Assembly (NCBI GenBank): GCA_965644315.1
Contig: CBFFRQ010000200.1
Coordinates: forward strand, 1 to 64,000
Length of the DNA stretch: 64,000 bases
Origin: Caecitellus pseudoparvulus
Taxonomy: Eukaryota > Protista > Bigyra: Bicosoecida
Direction: 5' to 3'
Every line of letters begins with the position of its first letter. Positions within the stretch are counted from its first letter, which is position 1. Under the pieces are notes generated by a model, which had not been told where the DNA came from, ran no database searches, and saw nothing but the letters and a program-made list of their open reading frames with translations. Below are positions 58,069 through 64,000 of the stretch, one piece after another. The position numbers and the translations under genes were made by a program.

Positions 58069-59238
58069 GCTGGTTCCTGCACAGGGTGTCTGCACTTGCG
58101 TCACCTCGGTCTGGGCTGAAACCAAGCACCAGTGGCCAGACAAGACTCAGGCTCACGGATAAGACGCGACTGTGAGAGTATTACGTGGAAGTTGTGAAAT
58201 GTCCAGGCAGTGCCGGCGCCGAGCGACGCTGGGGCGCCTGTGCTTGGATGGGGGGGGTGCCGCCACGCCAGCGGCAGTATGCGGCTGACACGGATGGCCG
58301 CACAGTCACCGCCCCACCCCAAACTCCCCACCGCCCGACTCAGCTCTGCTGCGCCACGCCCGCAGCTTCAACCTTGTAAGTGCAAGTTGTCCCCCCTCCT
58401 CGCTATGTCGCAGCCGGGCCCTGTGTCTGCCTTGCGCTGCTTCGCGTGTCCGGTGTGGTTGCCGCGTGTGGGTCGCGCTGCGACCTGCGCGCCCGCCACG
58501 TTCAGGCCTGCTCTGTGTCCTGTCCTGGCGTCCAGGGCGCCCCCACCATGCTGCTGACTATGCTCAACTTGTTCGAGTAGTGCTGATCTCCCTGAATCGC
58601 GGAAGTTCGCGGGCGTTGCTTGGCAGTTGCCTGTTCACGATGCACGGTTGCTGCAGTGCAGCAGCGCTTGTAGCTGGCTGTGGAGACAACGACGTGAGCC
58701 CAGGTGGTCCTGCCTTGCCCTGAGTGGTTGCAGATTGCTTTTGTCAACTTTGTCGCCCATGCTATCGGCGGTGTCTTCTCCTGTGCGGGTTCCCTTCGTG
58801 TGCCTGTGAACTTGCGATGGCCGCTTTTGGCTGCCAACCGCAACGATGGCGTCCCGTGCACTCCCATGCGCACGTCTGGATAGCTGCACTCGCATGCGGG
58901 GTGGCATGCAGCTGTCTCAGGTCTGAGCAATGTGCTAGATTTGCGGTAGACAGCTTTGCGTTCTGCTGCGGGCTGCTGCGTGTCGAGGGGCTGCTGGTCA
59001 AGTGCAGTGCACTTTTGGACAACCGCCGATACTTGCGCCTGTGCCGGGCACTGCGTGTGGTTGCAAGGCGCACATGTTCCCTGTTCATCTCCCCAGTACA
59101 TCATCGCACCTGCATCGCCCCTGCTCCCCTTCACAGCCTGCTCCGCTTTCCCGTTTCTGAGCCCGAGCTGCGGTTACACGCTTCGCGTGAGAGAGAAACT
59201 CCTCCCTCTCTCCACCCACGCGCCGCACACTCTGCGCC

Positions 59239-62200
59239 ATGTCTGGCAAGCAAGCGCCCGCTGGCCAGCAGTCATGCGCCCAGAAGACATGCAGCCCAGT
59301 GCACAAGTGCATGCCTAAGTGGCTGACGTGGGGCCTTGGCGGCTTCTGCGCCGTTGCAGGCATCGTCGCCATCGTCCTCGGCGTCGTGCTGGTGGGCAGC
59401 ATTGACGCCGCAGTGGAGAACAACGTGCGCGAGGCGGCTGTCGTCTCCAGCTCCAGCGATGAATCGTACACCAACTTCGCCACGACGGACCGCGGGCTCA
59501 GCTACGGCGGCACGGCATCTGACGCTGACGACGAGGGGACGGCGTCTCGCCGGTACGTTGTGAACATCACCAACCCCATGGAGGTGCTGCTGCAGGGCGC
59601 CACGCCCAACATCGCCGACGTTGGGTATGACGTCCGCTCCTACAGCGTCAAGCACGGCGTGGAGTTGGAGGGCTCCCGCCTCTCCTTCCACTCCCAAACC
59701 ATCGACATCCCCGAGAACGCAGCTGAGGCGGCGCGCATGGACAGCGACGTCGTGTACGTGCCCAACCTGGCGTACTTCGGCGTGCTGGGCCTGCTGGACG
59801 GCGTCAACTTCGCAGCACGCCAGGACCCCGTCATCGCTGAGAACCCCCTGACATCCTTCGAGGACCTCGCCGTGGGCCCCATGGCAGCCCAGGCCCTGAC
59901 CCTGGCCAAGGGCCAGGTTGAGTCCTTTGTCCGCATCTCCACCTTCTCCTTGTGGTGGGGCATCATGTACCAGGCCTATGTCGGCCTCAGCGCCGGGAGC
60001 ACTGCAACTGAAGCCATGGCCGGGCCAGCTGGCGGCGGTGCGCCGGCCAACCTCGCCTTTGCCGCGTCCAACGACACTGTCATGATCGCCAGCATCGCGT
60101 CCGTGACGGCGGCAAACATCAGCGCCCAGCGCCCAACGCCCTCTGAGGCAGATATCCTCTTCCCACTCTTCGCCGATGGCACGGCTGGTCCTCTGTTTGC
60201 GAGCCTCATCCCCAGCTCCCCAGCGGAGGCCACTGAGGGACACATCCGCAACAACACCCGATGGACTCTGGCTGTCAACACGCTCACTGCTACCTACGCA
60301 GGTGCGAGTCTGACGCCCCCTGCAGAGCGCATTCAGATGCACGTCCTGTGGCTGACGTTCTGGGCATACCAGACGGTTGGCCACCTCGTCACCCCAGCCA
60401 ACAAGGCCGCCTTCGAGGCAGCCTACATTGGCATCCTGAATGACTTTGTCACGTACACGCCCAGCGGCGGCTCGCCCTGCGCTGGCTGCTGCGCGGACCT
60501 GGGCGGCAGCGGTGTCAACGGCACCATCGCCAACTATGACGAGGTGGTGGCGCAACAGTGGGGCACTGCCGCCGTGAACTCTGTCCCCCTCACTCTCATC
60601 GCGCTGGCCAGCAACCCCTGCTCGGAAGCCATGGCACCCACGTACAAGGCTGTCATTGAGCCGCTCACCCTTGGCAAGGATGTTCCACGGTGCAGCGCTG
60701 GTCTGTCTCTCTTCGACATCATTGGGGACCCGTCCGTCCTGCCGTCGCCGCCTGAGGTGAACTGCTTCTCCAGCCGCAGCCTGAACCCGCTGGATGCCGC
60801 CCTGGGCAAGACGTACGCAGCCTCCGCTCTCAAGCCCGCCCTCATGGCCCAGCTGCTGACCAACGTAACAAGCGGAGGCGGCCTCCTGGGCGCAGTGGCG
60901 GCAGGGGTGCTGGGCGCCGAACTACCCGCTGGCTCAAACAACGTCAGGCAGATCCACAACGTGGCCAAGGCCATGATGGCGCAGTACCCCACCTTGGCTG
61001 GCAACATCACTGCCATCCACACCGCCACACAGGCACTGGCAGCCCTGGCTGCGCCCACGGGCAGCTCGACCCAGGCGTACATCTGGCAGTACGGCAACGC
61101 CACTGTGGCTGCCAGCACCGCCATTGCATCTGCCGAGGCCGCCACGGCGCCCATGCACGCCCAGTGCAAGGCTGCACTGTCAAGCCGCAACCTGCCGCCT
61201 CTTGACTGCTTCCAGCTCATGGACGTGAACAACTGGTTGGACCACATTGCTCGTGTGTGGGTGTGGTACCCGCAGATGGTGTGGAACTACCCCTTGCCAG
61301 GGCACCCTGGCAACAGCCAGGGCATCTCCACCTCCAACCTGGCCGCTGGGCCCATCATCCGCACAACTGCGCGGGAGTTCCTGCTCAATGGCACCTTTGA
61401 CAGCTACCTGTTCTTCCTGAGCAACGGCAACCCCGCCGCCAGCAAGGGCCCCCCCACTGGCGTGCCTGAGGTGTCTGCGGAGGCCTTCCTGTCCGGGAAG
61501 ACGGACGACGAGAAGAACGTCATCAACACGGGCAAGGACGACATCTCGAAGATCTTCAACACGGAGAAGCACCGTGGCCTGGCCCGCGTGCCGTACTTCG
61601 AGGCCAGCGTGGCCGCCCCCACCGCCACGTCAGAAGTGCAGGGCAGCTGGGACTCGTCCCGCTGGGAGCCCACGTTCAACGTGGACGCCAAGATTGCAGA
61701 TGCGCCAGCCCTGCGCCAGGCATACACCACCACCATCTACCGCTTCATCAACGTCGCGCTGCAGGGGGAGGTGAAGGGGCCCAACGGCAAGCTGGACCTG
61801 TGGCGGTACCGCCTGCTAAACCGTGACCAGCTCCTGGCCGCTGGCATCCCCACTGCCGACGCCTACGTCGTGCAGCCCACGGCAGTGGATCAGGCGTACG
61901 GCCAGCCCGACTGCCTCGTGGCCAACAAGCCCCTGCTGCCCTCTACCGATGGCTCCGGCCCGCCGTCCGTTGACATCTTCCTGTCTGCACCCCACTTCGC
62001 CTTGTGCAACACCAGCGACTACAGGGGGCCCACAGGCGTCTCCACTCTGCCTTACGAGGGCAACTTTGACACGTTCTTGGACATCGACCCCGTGTCTGGC
62101 TTCACCCTCAACGCTCGTCGGCGGCTGGGCGCTTACGTCCAGATGCGCAGCTCACCCTGGTACCCTGGCCTGCCCACCACCCAGGCGGGTGTGCACTACT

Positions 62201-62466
62201 ACCAGCCGCTGTTCTGGACAGACGAGGGCGCATCAGCGGACCAGGACCAGGAGTCTGCGCTGGCGAATGGGTACCAGGCTGCTCGGGAGGCCAGGCAGGG
62301 TCTGCCCCCCTCGCTCTTTGGCGGAGGTGCGGTGCTGCTGCTCATCGGCCTGCTGGTCCTGTTCGCTGCGGCGACGTACCCCAAGAAGAGCGCTGTGGCT
62401 GGCGGCTCCGGCTCCGGCAAGGACATGGTGGACGACTCGAACCCCCTGGCCACGAGCGACCCTTGA
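59239..62466 (+). CDS. CD36/SR-B/LIMP-family scavenger-receptor-like protein, enlarged
   Basis: N- and C-terminal TM helices; YVVNITNPMEVL..GATP, IFLSAPHF, TFLDIDPVSGFTLNARRRLG, YQPLFWTDE. Single uninterrupted 1075-aa ORF. Confidence 0.78.
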   Translation: MSGKQAPAGQQSCAQKTCSPVHKCMPKWLTWGLGGFCAVAGIVAIVLGVVLVGSIDAAVENNVREAAVVSSSSDESYTNFATTDRGLSYGGTASDADDEGTASRRYVVNITNPMEVLLQGATPNIADVGYDVRSYSVKHGVELEGSRLSFHSQTIDIPENAAEAARMDSDVVYVPNLAYFGVLGLLDGVNFAARQDPVIAENPLTSFEDLAVGPMAAQALTLAKGQVESFVRISTFSLWWGIMYQAYVGLSAGSTATEAMAGPAGGGAPANLAFAASNDTVMIASIASVTAANISAQRPTPSEADILFPLFADGTAGPLFASLIPSSPAEATEGHIRNNTRWTLAVNTLTATYAGASLTPPAERIQMHVLWLTFWAYQTVGHLVTPANKAAFEAAYIGILNDFVTYTPSGGSPCAGCCADLGGSGVNGTIANYDEVVAQQWGTAAVNSVPLTLIALASNPCSEAMAPTYKAVIEPLTLGKDVPRCSAGLSLFDIIGDPSVLPSPPEVNCFSSRSLNPLDAALGKTYAASALKPALMAQLLTNVTSGGGLLGAVAAGVLGAELPAGSNNVRQIHNVAKAMMAQYPTLAGNITAIHTATQALAALAAPTGSSTQAYIWQYGNATVAASTAIASAEAATAPMHAQCKAALSSRNLPPLDCFQLMDVNNWLDHIARVWVWYPQMVWNYPLPGHPGNSQGISTSNLAAGPIIRTTAREFLLNGTFDSYLFFLSNGNPAASKGPPTGVPEVSAEAFLSGKTDDEKNVINTGKDDISKIFNTEKHRGLARVPYFEASVAAPTATSEVQGSWDSSRWEPTFNVDAKIADAPALRQAYTTTIYRFINVALQGEVKGPNGKLDLWRYRLLNRDQLLAAGIPTADAYVVQPTAVDQAYGQPDCLVANKPLLPSTDGSGPPSVDIFLSAPHFALCNTSDYRGPTGVSTLPYEGNFDTFLDIDPVSGFTLNARRRLGAYVQMRSSPWYPGLPTTQAGVHYYQPLFWTDEGASADQDQESALANGYQAAREARQGLPPSLFGGGAVLLLIGLLVLFAAATYPKKSAVAGGSGSGKDMVDDSNPLATSDP

Positions 62467-62671
62467 GTTGCTGCGCAAGGGCCAGCGCGGTGACTGCTGC
62501 GTCCGGCGTGCTGGTGCGGTCAGGCCCCTCCTGGCCCTGCCCAGCACAGCCCACATGATTTCAAAATTCACACTGTTGCAAGTTCAGCATTCTGCGTGGA
62601 TGGGTGCCGCACTGGCGCCTGCTGTCTGCGCTCTCAGTCCCTGCCGCGTGCCAACGTGTGGCAACGCCAGC

Positions 62672-63745
62672 ATGCCTGCCGCCAGCGGTGCTGCCGGCAC
62701 GTCGCCTGGCCCAGGTTCCCCAGTGGAATTGGGCGGGCAGGACAAGGCAATGTCATGGAACGAAGGGTTGAAGATTGCCGCCTTCTTTTCAGTGGTGTTC
62801 GGCGTTGTGTTTGGCGTGCACAGCGTGCTGCCTCCCATGCCGTGAGTGGGAAACGCCGGCGAAACGTCCGCGCGTCCATGCCTGCTCGCGTCGCAACACT
62901 GTTCGCCTGGTTTACCGGCACTGTGCAGACAAGGCTGTGAGACGGTTGGCATTCGGTCCCTCTCCTATGGCATGTTCGCGCAGTGGACGCAAGGCGGCAG
63001 CGCCCTCGCAGACGCCCTGGGCCAGCTCAAGCAGTGCTACGCGCAGTACCACGTGACCCACCCTGCCGCGCTCCCCGTGTCTTTTGTGCTCATGTACATC
63101 ACCATGCAGGCTTGTGCGATCCCCGGCACTCTCTGGCTGTCCATTCTCTCTGGCGCGCTGTTCCCCCCCTTGCAAGCACAGGCCCTCGTGGCCCTGTCAG
63201 CCACGGTTGGCTCCAGCATCGCCTTCGCCGGCAGCGCGCTGGTGGCACGCCGCGCTGTCGCAGCGGCTGTGCCAGGCACCCTGGCTTCCATGCGACGGGG
63301 TCTGGAGGAGAACCGGGACAACTTGCTGTGGTACGTGCTGTTCCTGCGCATCACGCCGCTGTTCCCCAACTGGGCCCTGAACCTGTGCTCCCCCATCGTG
63401 GGCGTGCCATACCCCACCTTTCTCTTCGCCACGGCTGTCGGGTTGCTGCCGACCAACTACTTCCAGGTGCAGGTGGGCGCCTCACTTGCCCGCATGGACG
63501 GCCCCATCTCCCTGGCCCGCCTGCGCGAGGACCCCTCAGCACTCATCTCTCTGGGCGCACTGCAGCTACTGGCCTTGGCTCCAGTGGGCCTCAAGCGGCT
63601 CTGGGCCGCCTGGCAGCCGAAAGACGCCCAACCAGACACGGATAGAGGTATTTCTAGCCCACAGCTGCGCAGTCCTCCCTCCCCGGAGCAGGGCCCCTCA
63701 GACACAGGCGCCCGCAGGCGGGGTCAGGGGGGGGGGCGCCACTAG
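62672..63745 (+). CDS. TMEM41/VTT (DedA, SNARE-associated) membrane protein
   Basis: MQACAIPGTLWLSILSGALF, FLRITPLFPNWALN; intron 62842-62928 is frame-consistent. Start codon uncertain. Confidence 0.88.
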
Positions 63746-64000
63746 GCCAGTCGGCAATGCAGTCGCTGGAGCCCACACCGAAATACAAAATCACGCCAGG
63801 TGGGTCGCAATCGCTGCCTTCTTGCCCCAGCTTTGTGTCTGTTCGCATTGTGTGCGAATGCATCCTCTGCACCTCGCTGGCAGCTGTACAACCAAAGCGC
63901 ACTGCACGTCTTACCAGTGCCAGGGCACCCTGCACCTGGAGCCTGCCGGTTCCTCGGCTCAGCCCTCCAGCGCCGTTTGCCCCCCTTCAACTTATTTCGT

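Noticed and set aside
1-64000. tRNA, rRNA or integrated virophage/viral genes
   Set aside because: No cloverleaf or rRNA-like sequence recognised by eye, and no AT-rich intronless viral-type block.

Overview
Gene-dense, GC-rich eukaryotic nuclear DNA with short (about 65-120 nt) spliceosomal introns. It is probably from a flagellated protist (PACRG present; a stramenopile-like gene set is my impression and is not demonstrable here). About 19 host genes are packed with very short intergenic gaps: an NPC-type phosphoesterase, a WbpA-like/WbpD-like nucleotide-sugar fusion, a WH2-like repeat protein, a giant EF-hand/RanBP2-ZnF protein, a multi-TM hypothetical protein, an ABCC transporter, a 7TM-RGS, a PPR/SMR-like protein, URB1/Npa1, PP2C, PACRG, an HD protein, YIPF6, a secretory JmjC protein, RUS1, cytochrome c1, DUF445, a CD36-like protein and TMEM41. 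The first ~2.9 kb is lower in GC and looks like one end of a DNA transposon, with two divergent genes and a phased array of CTAG motifs at 28-29 bp period. Main observations: (1) AATGCA lies within 50 nt downstream of the stop codon of 14 of 19 host genes and forms a shared palindrome (AATGCATGCATT) between two convergent gene pairs, making it a candidate non-canonical polyadenylation signal; (2) the phased CTAG array; (3) an intron-containing fusion of two bacterial-type diacetamido-uronic-acid pathway enzymes. Gene models were built by eye from splice signals and frame consistency; no database searches were run.
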